NCBI GenBank assembly: GCA_002633005.1
Contig: NMRA01000143.1
Span: 377,402 to 441,401 of the forward strand
DNA: 64,000 bases
From: Phoronis australis
Lineage: Eukaryota; Animalia; Phoronida
Direction of reading: 5' to 3'
This document shows, one piece after another, positions 50,901 to 63,115 of the stretch. Positions within the stretch are counted from its first letter, which is position 1. Every line of letters begins with the position of its first letter. The notes below the pieces were generated by a model. That model saw only the letters and a list, made by a program, of their open reading frames with translations. It searched no databases and was not told the DNA's origin. Made by a program: the position numbers and the translations under genes.

Positions 50901-52091
50901 ATTCCTGGACTGCGCCTCTGCGCTACTAGCGCGTAAAGAAATAAATAAGTCGTGCGTCCCCCAGACCCATCTTTTAAAACTCAACACTCTTCCAAAAATG
51001 CAAGGCTCTAGTCAACTTACAACCAGTCAGGTGAAACATGACTCTGTTCTTATTTAAATTACCCTTAAGGTTTCTGTTTCATATGTTACCACTTTAATTA
51101 CACTAAGTTTGCTGGACACAACTTTTGAAAAAAGGCACACTTTTTATCCTCAGGTGCACTACAGGTTCAAAGCTGGTCAGGAATAGACAGAACTGTTAAC
51201 AGTGCCTTTAATCAAAGTTAGTCGTGCTCACAAAAATAGCACAATTCCACATAGCCTTGGTAAAAAATGTACAGCTTTGCAGATATGACTAAAGAAATAG
51301 CCAAATAAAATCAGACACAAAATTAATTCAACGAAAAGTACATTCTTCCTTGCAAAAGTAGAGGGTCATTTACTGGCCAATGTTTTGTTTGCCAATTTCC
51401 CCAATCAGCTGTTCTTCTTCAAAAGATTGCATACAGTCAGTACGGTTCAGATCAACTTATCAGAACAGGATTCACCCCATTATAATTTTAATTATTGGCA
51501 AACAAATTTTCTGAGCAAACTTTTCTTCGGCAAAGCTGTCATCATCTTCTGAAAGAAGCCACAAAAAAATCAGTTGTGATAAAAAAAACAGATGGAAAAA
51601 GACGAAACTGCAAATCAAAAAAGAGGAAATGGAAACCAAAAAAGCAAATCCTCTTAAACGAGAAAAATCCCAAGCCCTGATTTAGAGACAGTGTGATCCA
51701 GTGAATAACAGGGCAGTTGTTCAGCCTCGGGGATCACCTATATTTTATTTATAATGTCAATACCTGACAAGTGCCCCATTAAACTAAAGTTAGGGCATCA
51801 AAACAAAGACGAGTTAATGGCAAAAAAAGTCCCGGATCTAGTCCAGTTTCCAAATCTCCCAAATTAATTCTCTGACCAGAAACTGTGATATCCAACCAGC
51901 GCTACCAGGTGTTACTAACCATGAGGTGATCCTTGCAAATCGAATTGCTGCATTCTGTGAACTGCGAATTCGTGAGCGGCCGATGCCGGAGCTGGCGAGA
52001 TTATGATAAATATGGGAATAAAAAACAAGAAAGACGCCGGAAAACTGGCCTTGAACATGTCGAACACTTCTGTTACTTCATCGAACCACAT
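38946..52091 (-). CDS. NCLN: Nicalin (BOS complex subunit, M28 peptidase-like ER membrane protein)
   Basis: 14 phase-consistent exons: 51920-52091 ([23 protein letters not shown]), 50617-50807, 49887-50031, 49495-49589, 48940-49023 ([17 protein letters not shown]), 48284-48387 ([23 protein letters not shown]), 45615-45703 ([14 protein letters not shown]), 44547-44671 ([10 protein letters not shown]), 43863-44053 ([26 protein letters not shown]), 42482-42599, 41268-41431, 40280-40333 (RDPDFLFYD), 39324-39402 ([11 protein letters not shown], transmembrane helix) and 38946-39002 (..KVKAQ*). Confidence 0.97.
39550..39965. mobile_element. MITE with imperfect terminal inverted repeats (TIRs) and subterminal GCCCATGGGC repeats
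   Basis: Left end GGTTTTTCCATAGATAAGCCCA and right end TGGGCTTATCCAGGGAAAATCC, plus inner inverted GGGCGTTTATTTGG / CCAAATAAACACC. Confidence 0.65.
40912..41170. repeat. 30-bp minisatellite (ATGTCAGGGTACAACATTCAACTTGTACTC), ~8.5 copies
   Basis: Directly visible. It accounts for the spurious [10 protein letters not shown]-repeat ORF. Confidence 0.95.
44382..44443 (-). ncRNA. Candidate intronic structured RNA, copy A (H/ACA-type hairpin or pre-miRNA)
   Basis: 62-nt hairpin on the NCLN sense strand, shared without gaps with 45335-45396. It ends in AUA plus 3 nt. Confidence 0.4.
45335..45396 (-). ncRNA. Candidate intronic structured RNA, copy B
   Basis: Same hairpin as copy A, ending in ACA plus 3 nt. 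Most differences from copy A fall in the loop or tail or keep pairing. Confidence 0.4.
46221..47618. mobile_element. Probable non-autonomous DNA transposon (TTAA-associated, Kolobok-like; family tentative)
   Basis: Ends TAAAGGTT..AACCTTTTAA. Subterminal inverted repeat GACGTCACTGAGGCTGTAC (46342-46360) and GTACAGCCTCAGTGATGTC (47448-47466). The internal segment 47101-47175 recurs at about 54348-54420. Confidence 0.55.
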
Positions 52092-52618
52092 TTTGGGATC
52101 GACAAACAGTGGTCTTTGTCCAAAAAGGCGTTCACTCAGCCTTTTAACAAGCGTGCCCGACTTAACCGGAAATATGGAACTGAGCTACTGTAGAAATAAA
52201 AGGCTTGCGAATTTTCACATAGAACACGTTTTTATTCATATTTATATGTTTTATATGTTTCATTTTACCTTAAAAATGTGGATTTAGCGACTTTTGTACA
52301 TAAAAAATATGTTTATTAATTTGTTTCGATAATTTTATCGAATCTATTAAGCCGGTAGATCGCTCTCCTCAAAAAGAGGAGTGAAAATCAAATTTGGCGA
52401 AGAAAATAAGCGGCGGGAGCAGTGCAAGCTTTCATTAATTTCCTCCAAGTGAGTAAAAGTTTACAAATTTTTAGTTCTGTGGGCATTTAGGAATTTTAAT
52501 TACAACAAGATACTGTGAATTCATTAGTTGCAAGATATTCTTATTTTTCTACCGAACGCCCGACCGTCTGAAAGAACAGGCCTCTGCATGTTCAGCTACT
52601 AGCTAGCCTGGCTTGGAG

Positions 52619-53640
52619 TAGGGAAGACAACGTATTTTAACTTTTTTTACAATGCCCATGTGTCATACATTTTTGAAAAGCCCTTGGTGTAAGAAATGAA
52701 ATGGTACAAAAATCATAAAAATTGGGTGAGCGGTTACCGAGAAAATGGCCGTTGAAGCGTGACAATTATGCGTAAAATATCTGCCTTTTTACACAATTTC
52801 GTAAAAAATAAAAGAATATACTCGTGCTACATATCAAAAGATTTGTCTTATTGACACGAACATGGTGGTGTATTATATAATTAAATAGTTGGATTGATTT
52901 GTTCATAGATATTGCTGTTTAAGTGTGTCGTTAGCATATGGAACAGGCTCAGCATCAACCTCATGTTTGATGAAAGCAATGGATTACATAGCTTAAAAGA
53001 AAAAGAGCAAAGACAACACATCAGCTTAGAAATAAATACATCTGAAGTAGGAGGAAATTTCACTTCATACCATTGGGGGGAGAACAAAGGGGCCAATCCA
53101 TGGCCCCCCTAATACTCCCAGATTTCATTTGGCAGTTCGAGGGTGCAAATATCTTACGGGTAAAATCCTGCCTAATACTCTGCCCTGGCCCCCCCTCCTA
53201 ACTAAAAATCCTGGGGGCATATTGTGCGTCTGCAAAAACATCAATCTCCCAACCGATCAAAATTAGGCCTTCAGAATGATCGAAAACTCGCCATGAAAAC
53301 TTGGCCTTGACTTCGAGAAAACAACTTGAGGAGATGCGCATGCATCCAAACTACATCCTGTCCAAATTTCATGTTTGTATTCCAGAGTATAGTGCTCTTT
53401 TGGACAGGAGGAACAAGAGGCACTTTTTCGAAAGTTGATTGCATGGCGGAAAACCGCGCGATAAAAAAAGCTTACAAAAATGAGTTATCAGCGATAATTC
53501 GTGACAAAAAGATTACAAACTAACAAATAAAGACCAAGGTAACGATTTATAATACAAAATTGTCTTATAGTTAACTTTGAAGTCTGAAATCGGGTAATTT
53601 ACTGATGTGGGTTTTACATGGAGGCAGATTGGTCTCCCTA
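52619..53640 (+). mobile_element. Non-autonomous DNA transposon, TAGGGA..TCCCTA termini (~1 kb)
   Basis: Termini TAGGGAAGAC / GGTCTCCCTA, flanks CTTGGAG / CTTTGAG (imperfect duplication), homologous to 22630-23201. Confidence 0.8.
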
Positions 53641-53656
53641 CTTTGAGCCTTTGGAC

Positions 53657-54238
53657 TAGGCAGCACGTAGCCCCTCGCTTGGCTGGTTAGGAGCTACACT
53701 ACTTCCCATCGCTTTCTGTACGAATTTCGTTCCATGTATTTTAAACGGGTTGGCCAAATCCGGTCACCGATTAAGAGTTTTCACCTCATCAAAAATACAT
53801 TCCACACTTAAAACTATCACTTGAAAAAGTGCTTACTTGCTTCAGTGGTCCTTTCTACTTCTATACATATCTTCGATGAAGCTTGGTTACGAGAATTGAG
53901 GTGACTTTGGCGAAGAATTCCAACTCTCCTTTTTTGGTCACCGTTAACTTTTTCACCACGTGCGCGACTACTATCAGCATACATGATTTCACGTAACTTC
54001 CTCAAAATGGCACCCGGTAAAACAAACTCTAGCAAACCGCAACAGATTTTCATCGATTTGTTCAAATTATCTTGACTGAATCATCTCCAGTCTTATGGTA
54101 AGTGTTAATTATATCTCCATGTGCATATATGGATGTTTCATGTGATTTTATTTCCTGTATTTTGAAATTCGTAACTTTTTGTGGGGATGTACTACTGCCC
54201 CTGTATGCCTGCAGCATCCAGGGCGTTGTAATTGCCTA
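53657..54238. mobile_element. Non-autonomous DNA transposon, TAGGCA termini (inverted sister of 11764-12461)
   Basis: TAGGCAGCAC..GTAATTGCCTA, flanked by GCCTTTGGAC / GCCTTGGAC. Confidence 0.85.
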
Positions 54239-54579
54239 GCCTTGGACTGGAGAGTGGAGGCTTGGGCTTGGTGCAAAGCTGTACACTAAATATACAGTGT
54301 TTAGCCAGCTTAAGCCAGTCAGCTACCTTTATGAAGGCTGTCATGAATTTAGTTCACTCAAGAAAGAGTATAGTTTTTAATGACATTAATTTTGTGTCAG
54401 ATTTTGTCTAGTCACTTTTTTACCCACATCAGCGGAAAGCTGTATATTTAGGTTACAGCTTTGGGTCAAAGCTAGCTTGTATTTAGCCCACGGGCGCTTA
54501 TTTCCACTCACCTTTTCAATTACTCTTCATAAGAGATGAAAGGTCTGTAACCCTCATTCACTCCATGATGGATAGTGAA

Positions 54580-55725
54580 AAATATTGAATAAAGATCCTT
54601 TTTGGAATCAAAGAACAGTACCTTGACATTTCGTCCATATCTCACGCACTTTATTCACCACCTGATGCGCCCTCTGTTGTAGAATAAAACGATAAAAACA
54701 GTACTGGGGATTACCTAGTGTCGGAGGAATCTCTTAACATATCTGAGTACACTGCAGGTAGATCAAGTCCCAGATCTCTGTTAAGACTAAGTCTGTGGAC
54801 ATAGATCTCAATAGCTTCTCGTACCCAGCGCTTCCACTTTTCTGGGTGTAGACTTAACATACTGAAGTCCTCATCAGAAATCTGGTGATGTAGATTTCTG
54901 GCAAGCTCTTGGACAGCAGTAATAGATCTAAGGTTGGGGTTACGATGATCCTTAACCCTGGTCGATAACTGGCGACCTGTCTCGTCGATAAAGTTGTCAG
55001 TACACTCACCACACTTGTATTCATAGGTCATCACCACGCCTCTCGAGGGGGGTGACACATCTGTCACTGATGAGAGGATAGACCGAATAGATGGTTTGTG
55101 AAATAACTTGTTGTGTTTATGGTAGATAGTCGGAATTCTTTCGGAGGCGCCTCTGACATACGGAATACACACAGGGTAGTTGATGATCGGAGATCAGGGG
55201 TGGGGGGTCAATGTGTCGTGGTCGTTCCCCATAGCGTACATCGAACATCCAGTCACGATGTCCGCTTTGTTCGTTTTATGTGACGAATCGCGGCTTCCCT
55301 TTCGTTGTCATTAGAAACAAGTTTCTTTGTTCTGTTGAGTAGAGTCCGTACTAATCATTTGTGAGACAGATGGTGATGCGAAACTGAGATGCTGATCAGT
55401 GTACGTAGGCTTGTGGTAAACGGAGGTGATGATGGAACCATAGTCTAGTTGTATGAGAGTGTCAAGGAAGGAGAGAGTGCCATCTTGTTCGAGTTACTGG
55501 ATAAATTGGATGGATGGACTTAGACTGTTGAGGTGTTCGGTGAATTCATCAATAGCAGTTTCGTGGATGACTACAAATGTGTCGTCAACATAGTGACTCC
55601 AGTGTAACGGGAGAGTTGGCGCTGTCACAATAGCACAAATCTTGAAATCTTCCATGAAGATGTTGGCGATGGTGGGTGAGATGGGGGACCCCATGGACGC
55701 TCCTCGGATCTGATGCTAAAACTGA
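54580..55725 (-). mobile_element. Decayed, 5'-truncated Penelope-like retroelement (reverse transcriptase plus GIY-YIG endonuclease)
   Basis: RT motifs MGSPISPTIANIFMEDF and YVDDTF. Endonuclease region IPYVRGASERI..GVVMTYEYKCGECTDNFIDETGRQLSTRVKDH..KRWVREAIEI..SLNRDLG. Frameshifts and stops separate the blocks. Confidence 0.92.
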
Positions 55726-55853
55726 CTACTTATTTTGTCTATGACGGTCACCTCAACAGTCTAGGTCCATCCATACAATTTTAATCTGTTTAACACTTGT
55801 AATGGTTACATATATAAGCAGTGCTGACCATGTTAGTTAAATTACAATTCATT

Positions 55854-56744
55854 TATTTAAATCCATTCATTATTTTGTTAATCAATGAACTAGTCATAAG
55901 TGCACAAGATGTTGCCTGCATTTTACACTTTGGTACCTGTATTGATAAAGCTAAGCAACCTTTAGTAATAAAAATAATAAGGAATAATAATAATAATCTT
56001 TATTAGTATAGAATGCAAATTGTCCATACAGGTACTTATTTAACAGTTAGTATGACATCACATCATCTTTGAATTCCATGGCTTTATAAATAGACAGAGC
56101 AAGTTGCTCAACCACACTGGGATCCTTGGTTTTGAAAATAAACTATTGTCTCGTAACCGCTACATACAAGTCAGTGGCGGATCTAGGATATCACAAGGGG
56201 GGGGCCCAACATTTTGTCCGGCTGCAAGCATTTGCGTAAAGTGAACCACAATTGTAGATGTGCATAGCATCGAATGGGGGGAGGTCGGGAGAAGGGTTTG
56301 CCCCCCTCCCGCCCAGGAAATTTTTCTGTTTTTACCTCCAAAAATCAAGCATTTTCCTTGATTCCTGAAGTATTATCCAAGAAAAAAATAGCAAAAAACA
56401 AAAAAAAAACAGAGAACGTGTCAAANTATTTAAATCCATTCATTATTTTGTTAATCAATGAACTAGTCATAAGTGCACAAGATGTTGCCTGCATTTTACA
56501 CTTTGATACCTGTATTGATAAAGCTAAGCAACCTTTAGTAATAAAAATAATAAGGAATAATAATAATAATCTTTATTAGTATAGAATGCAAATTGTCCAT
56601 ACAGGTACTTATTTAACAGTTAGTATGACATCACTTCATCTTTGAATTCCATGGCTTTATAAATAGACAGAGCAAGTTGGTCAACCACACTGGGATCCTT
56701 GGTTTTGAAAATAAACTATTGTCTCGTAACCGCTACATACAAGT
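55854..56744. repeat. 318-bp direct duplication (55854-56171 and 56427-56744) around a transposon end and a single N
   Basis: The copies differ at about 3 positions. Copy 1 is followed by the CAGTGGCGGATCTAGG element and copy 2 is not. Confidence 0.9.
56172..56425 (-). mobile_element. Partial copy of the 19765-20575 transposon family
   Basis: Reverse complement of about 20336-20575, truncated at the N at 56426. Confidence 0.9.
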
Positions 56745-59660
56745 GTAGTATAAAAATATTGCAGGTGGTCTGATACACATTATTACAAGTTCTGTTTGGC
56801 TGTAGGCAGACATCTTTGGAATCCATAGATGTTCTCAAATCCTTTTCAATCGAAAAAAATACTGCAATCTAGATTTTTCTGGTATGCCTCTTCATTTCAT
56901 AATGACGTTAATAACTTACTTCCAAATATTTGCAAACTGTTTGACGTCAAACAGAATTGCAGGGTTCTAGAGAGGTAGCCCGTCTACCAGCCACCTCAAG
57001 TGGAGGCAACACAGACAGGAACCTATCTAGTGTAACCTGTGCTACTGCAGTCAATCTACCATTTCCAGGTCATGTAATCCCAGTTCACTTGGCAAATAAT
57101 TTTTTTAAATACAAAATCATCGAATGTAACATGTTTGGTTTATCCTTGCACCAGTTTTGAAACCTTTAGAAAAGCTGATTGATATCTGGTTAGTCTAACT
57201 TCTGGGGCATGGTTGGTCCTCATGGTTTACCAGGACCCTTGATGATTCAATTTTTGAGTCAAATATTGGCTCAATTTTTCTTTGAAGAATATTTTAAAAT
57301 CATCTGAGAAAATTCCCCTCAGGTACAGGCACCTTCTACCTCTTATGAGAGAGGTCCCTGCCAACAGGTATTTATCGCTGGGAACTGGCCTGCTTGATAT
57401 TTGATAAGCTACATCTATTACCAGGTAAGTCATAATTATAAGATACAGGCATCTTCACCTGCTGTTGTTCCCTGGTCAAGAACTGGCTTTAGTGATCCGG
57501 TACTAATGTTGGTATGTTGAGAAAAACGAAAAATTATCTACTGATTTTTGGTTAATTTATGAAATATGCGTACCGTTTGAAAGACGTCTTGTTATACATA
57601 TGTGCCATAGGTTTGATTGATGCCTGGTAAGTAACACATTGACTATGGAGGGGACTGAAAAATGACTCGAGATTTCACTTTTGGTTACATTATGTTATAC
57701 ATATTAAGTACTATTATGGTCATTGTGTTTATGTTGTTTATTCTATTACTATTTGTCAACTCAAATGTTAGCAAAATTACTTCCAAATAAAAGCAAGGCT
57801 GAGGCCACGGGTATGAAATTTTTTCCATGCCCTTGAGCATTGAGTTGTCTGAGGTCACGTTGAGAAATTTTACCGATTAACTCATCCTACTGTTAATTTT
57901 TGGTGCTGCAGACCTTGACAACTCATTTAAGATATTCATAAAATGGATGAAATTGATATATGTTAGTATTTTTGCATGTGTGGCGTATGTTGGTATTTTT
58001 ACATGTGTAGCGTACCCTTCAATGAGAATCTATTCAGATTTAGATTTGGTACAAGATGACTTCCTCTATGTTGGAATTTTTCCATATGACAGGCTTTGAC
58101 ATTTTTTAAAATCATTGAGATTTTACAGGTGCTTTGCCAATTTGATCACCTGACCAGTGCTCTCATGAATAACCGAGTGTCCAAAAATAATAAATGGTAG
58201 TTTTCTAAGTATGATAAGATTACATAATGCCATTGTTTGATAGCAATCAAACCCTTCTGACATTTTTCTCCAAGAAGATGTTAAAAGTTGCATTCCAGTG
58301 TTTCAAATGGCGGTCCAAAGTGGTTGTTAAACTTGTTCAGAAAGTAGAAAATGGGAAAATCTGGAACGTGAGGTGATGCTTGGCAAATAGGGCTGTCTCC
58401 CATTAGTCTGAAGAAGCGTGGAATATAATTTTTGCTGTAAGACTATCTTTTCTTTTTAGCAGACGTGTCCCAAATCATCAAACAGGCAGCACACTTGCTA
58501 GTTACGTTATGGCGATGAAACCAATGCTATCTAATTGTTTACAAGTGAATGATTTCAATTCTGTGTTGATGGAAATTGGAGTTCAAACTAGTGTGATCAA
58601 TAAAACTGCAGCTGGCGCGTAGTGCAAGGTTTATTAGTATTGGGAGGTGCCCTAGTATGACTTTTTCTCATTTCCGTCCATGATACAGACATAAAAATAG
58701 GCTATTGAATGGTACTCTGTAGACACCCTTAAATGACATCTGGTAGTATCTGGGTTGCAAGACCAGGTGACTTGAAGGGACATGACTTAATGGATTTGAA
58801 TTTTTAAATGAATGTCTTGTGATGAAAATATAACAGTGCGTCGAGTTTTGTTTGCTTGAAGCGTGTACACTGTTATTGATGGTAATTTTACTTTGGCCCA
58901 AAGTCAGAGACATGTAGATGCTTATTAAAATGGCTTCTCTTGGTGTTTACGGATCTCCGTGTTCTCAACAAAAAGTACGTACGGTAAGTAGTTACTTGCC
59001 CGAGACTGTATTTTTGTGTTTAATTGATACCACCGCTATGACAGCAGTAAGTTGAGTTCATGTATTATCTTCAGGTGAGAATTTTGATAAGTTGAAAATT
59101 ACGGAAAAAGAGTATTTGTTTCTGTTTTTCATCTTCTAGTTTTACCGTTGATAAATTACCAGCAGATAAGCTTATGTAACTATAAAGTGATAGAAGGTGG
59201 CTGTAGCACTTATATGTGGAAGTGTTATGTGCTAGCTGATGCGACTAAAGTCAGTGCTTGGAATTTTATTAGAGGACTTCCTCAAATTTGGTCTCCAGTT
59301 TCTTCTTTTTTCACCTCTTGTTCTTATTTTGACTTTATTTATGCAAAAATGTTTATTCAGTTAATTTTGCAAGACAAATAATATTTCTACCACATGGGCC
59401 TATTTATTTGTGGAATGATGTATCACCTGGAAAGTTTTCCTCTTTTTTGTCATTGGTCATTCCAAGCCCTGACAAGTATGTTTGACTGTGAGTTCCACTT
59501 TAGAAATGTGATTTACTTGTTATAAATTTAAATTCATTTGAATCTGTAGTAAATTGACCTCACACTTGCCATCTGTTCTCATAAGGTCTGCAACACCAGT
59601 GAAATGGGATGGGTGAATTTTTTTACACCAATGATGTAATCTCCAGTTGGAAGCTTTTAA

Positions 59661-62600
59661 GAGTGACTCCATATAAAAACCAACAGGTAGAGTCTATACC
59701 CAAAATCACCGATTTTTTTGAAACTTAGCACGTGTTTGGTTTGTTGAGATGTAGAAAAACCTCACTTTTTAAGAATTTTCATTCATTATTTTTCTTTTTA
59801 TGACCTGTACCTCCATTTTGCAACAAAATTGGGCGTCGAAGTAGGCATGTTTGAATGCATTTTACTAGCATGTATGGTACGGTCATAACAAATGAATAAT
59901 ACGAATTGAAAGGCCAATGGCTGAATAATTTAATGGCATAACTTTCAAAATCCATTTTTAAATTTTTACATTTTGAATTTGTGAGGCAAAAATGGCTATT
60001 TTTCAGGTTTTCACTGAAGCCATTTTCGGCCAAATTTGTCACTCTGTAGCAGCCATAACGCACCTTTCCTGAAATTGACTTTATAATAATTTGTTCAGTC
60101 ATTCCTAACCTGTTCATAATCTAAAATAAAAAATCTTGCCTCTAATGTAGTTTTTGCGTACGAAGCATTACACAAACTGCACTGCGTCCTTTTGCATGTT
60201 CTCAGTTGCCTCTGCTGCCAATAAGGGGCTCTTGGAACATATAATTAGCTTGCGAAACACGACATAAAAACCTTGTATTTTGGAGAAAAGGCGGACAGCA
60301 TTATTAATTACCATTCTCTGAAAACGGCATTAATGGTTATTGCTTATTACAAAAAATATGTACGTAAATTAACTGGCAAGCGTGTTTATAAATGATAGAT
60401 GGCGCTGCTTTTGTTTACGTGGAGACTGAAGAGCATCTAGAATAAGAGCAGTAACACGAGGACTTTGCTATGGTTCATGACTTCGCGAGATATTGCCCTG
60501 CATTTTAAATGAGAACACTTGGTTTTGGATAAATTTTAGAGAGGTTCTAGTGTTACTGAACTCACCCCTGCCTTGTTTTCTATCTGCCTTGTTCGTGCCA
60601 CAGGCAAAGGAAGGCACCCAAGGTGGATATGCCCCCCTAGTGTTCAATGCAAAAATCCTTCAACTTGTCAATATTCATTGTAACTTTGAGTTCATATTGT
60701 AATGTCCCTGCTGGTTGCTACAAATTTTAGTCGCCACCAGTCGCCAGAAATCTGGTGTTCCCCCCCCCACACCGGGCATGTTAACGCTGAATATTTCTGC
60801 CAGTGTGATCATCAGTGGTATAAAAAGGTACACATTCACAGTCAATAGAAAATAATCCACGAGAGACAATTTTATTAATGACTCATTCATGACAAACATG
60901 AAGTAAACAGAAGTAACAGTCTCGACTTCATATATCACACATCGTGGTATGCTACAAAACTAGGCTAAACGTTGAGCTCATTTACCACTTCATTCAATAA
61001 ATCTGACGACATAACAGCATCTTCAGCAGAAATAGCATCGTAATAAACATTGCTGCAGACAACCTCGAAAAAATCCACCAATCTGCGATTCACTTAACAT
61101 CACAGGTAAACACTTTCCCAATGGGTTCTCGTAATGTTTTCTCCATTTTAGCACTTCCGAGGGTGAACGTTTTTACCTGACTTATCTCCTTCATCGAATA
61201 TGTTCGTCAGAAAGTTCTTAACCTTTGCTGAAAATCTTGTTGACCTTTTACCTTTTTTCAATGCCTAACCAATTGCTTCAGCATTCATCTCATCCAAACA
61301 GTACTCTGAGGCTGCCTCAAATGACGCTCCGGTTCTTGCATCTGAGAGCATTTCTGACCACTTTCGTGTGATGTGGTCATACGTGGTTTCCCTCTGTAAA
61401 TGTTCAGTGTGGTTACCCACATCCAAATGCTGACCTAGTTCTGCGTCTGTAGCAAAAATTTCGAGTAACCTTGCTGGGTACAAGGGAAATTTTGTTGAGG
61501 CTCTTCACTAGATAGAATGCCAACCTTAACTCCTGGTGTTGAAAATCCGCCATGTCTAGAGATGTTAGTGTATTTTAGAGAAATAGGTATCCCATTTTCT
61601 CAGTACTTTGTAAGAACTTACCGTCACCTACATGTAATGATTTCCACTCGCGAATTCCTTGGGTGGAATAGTGAGACTTTGGGAATGTGCTTATACCAGG
61701 AACTGAGTATTTTGGAAAAGACTTTGTTGCATCGACTGAACATGCATACACATAACATCCCTTCACACGGCCACTGGAAAGTAATGCTTCTTTCAAATCC
61801 AGAAAGTTTATGATATTGTTACCTTAGGCTACAAAGTACTTTGCATGTTATTTGAGTGGAGCAATCTTGCGATCACAGAGATCCTTTCCTTTCTGACTTT
61901 CACTAAAGTCTTATCTCAAAACAGAAATGCCGGTAGAATTTGACAAGGCTGTACGTTCAGGAGGAGAGGAGCAGAGTGGTAACATCCAGCATTACCTGAC
62001 TCTTCCATGATGGTCCTGTTCAGTCAGAAATTCACCGACTCTGGGTAGTACGAGTCCGTACTCTGGCACGGGCCTGGCTTTGTGAGGTAGTTTCCTGTAT
62101 CTCAAATTTTCAGTGGTGTCTTTGACATAACTCACTCAAGCACAAAGCTGTTGTGATCGGATTTTTTGCAGAATAAACTCTAAAGGAACATGAAGACCCA
62201 TCGTCTGCCATTTTGTCTTTTTAAAATGCACTTGCTTCTCTCAAAACCAGTCATTATAAATATCAATTCTTACGCCTTTAATTTTAAAGGCATTTATTGT
62301 TTAAATTAACCTGATAATGTAAAAGAAGTGAAAGAATACAAGAGGGTTACACGTACATTTTTATGAATCCTCAAGCTTAACCTCAACTGAATCCCTCAGT
62401 AGGCAAAGGTCATCGGGTTCAGTTTTGATACTAGCCGCGTAATAAACCCGGAAAACATCTTGTTTTCATTTGAAAGAGTTTAGACTTGTTTTCTATAACT
62501 ATTTAAGGCAGACTTCTTGCCTAAAAGTTTGTTGAAATGGCCGGTCTGTAAACTCTGCTCGTCATTTCCAAACTATGATAATAGACAGTTTTGCAAGACA

Positions 62601-63115
62601 ATTTTCACTGAAGTACAAAGTTGAGGCAAGATTTTTTATTGCTTAGTCATCAAGACTAACTCTTTAACTGTATGTTCAAAACGTCACATAAATCTACAAG
62701 GTGTTTTATGGCAGTAAAAAGGTCACAAAAATGGCCACTAAAATTAGCCCCAAAAAGTGGTCTATGGATTATCTCCCCTGTCTAGCACAAAACTGTTAGA
62801 TTTTAATAAATGACACAGAATTATGCACAGCATACGTTGGTTATTTCAGCCACCAAAATATATCTTTTGATCTATTTTGTATGTTACTCATTTTTGTTGC
62901 CGAAAACATGCGATTTTTGTGACGGCTAATATGCCCAATTGTGCCAATTTGTGTTATCATGCTCCAGCGGCGAAATTAGGGGTCATTGAGTGCACAAAAT
63001 TTGGCATTTGGGTTTTTGTTAGGATACCTACCCATGTACAAAAAATGAAGTTGTTCTAAATTTTGACATATAGACTGATTTTTGAAAATCTACTGGTTTT
63101 TATATGGACTGCCTC
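59661..63115 (-). mobile_element. Decayed Sola3-type DNA transposon (long TIRs, TTAA TSD, disrupted transposase)
   Basis: Termini TTAA|GAG..CTC|TTAA. Long imperfect TIRs, e.g. TCCATATAAAAACCA / TGGTTTTTATATGGA and AATAAAAAATCTTGCCTC / GAGGCAAGATTTTTTATT about 480 bp in. Minus-strand fragments SGNAGCYHSAPLL, DFSESQKGKDLCDRKIAPLK*, KEALLSSGRVKG and PGISTF..GIREWK, with stops and frameshifts. Confidence 0.8.
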
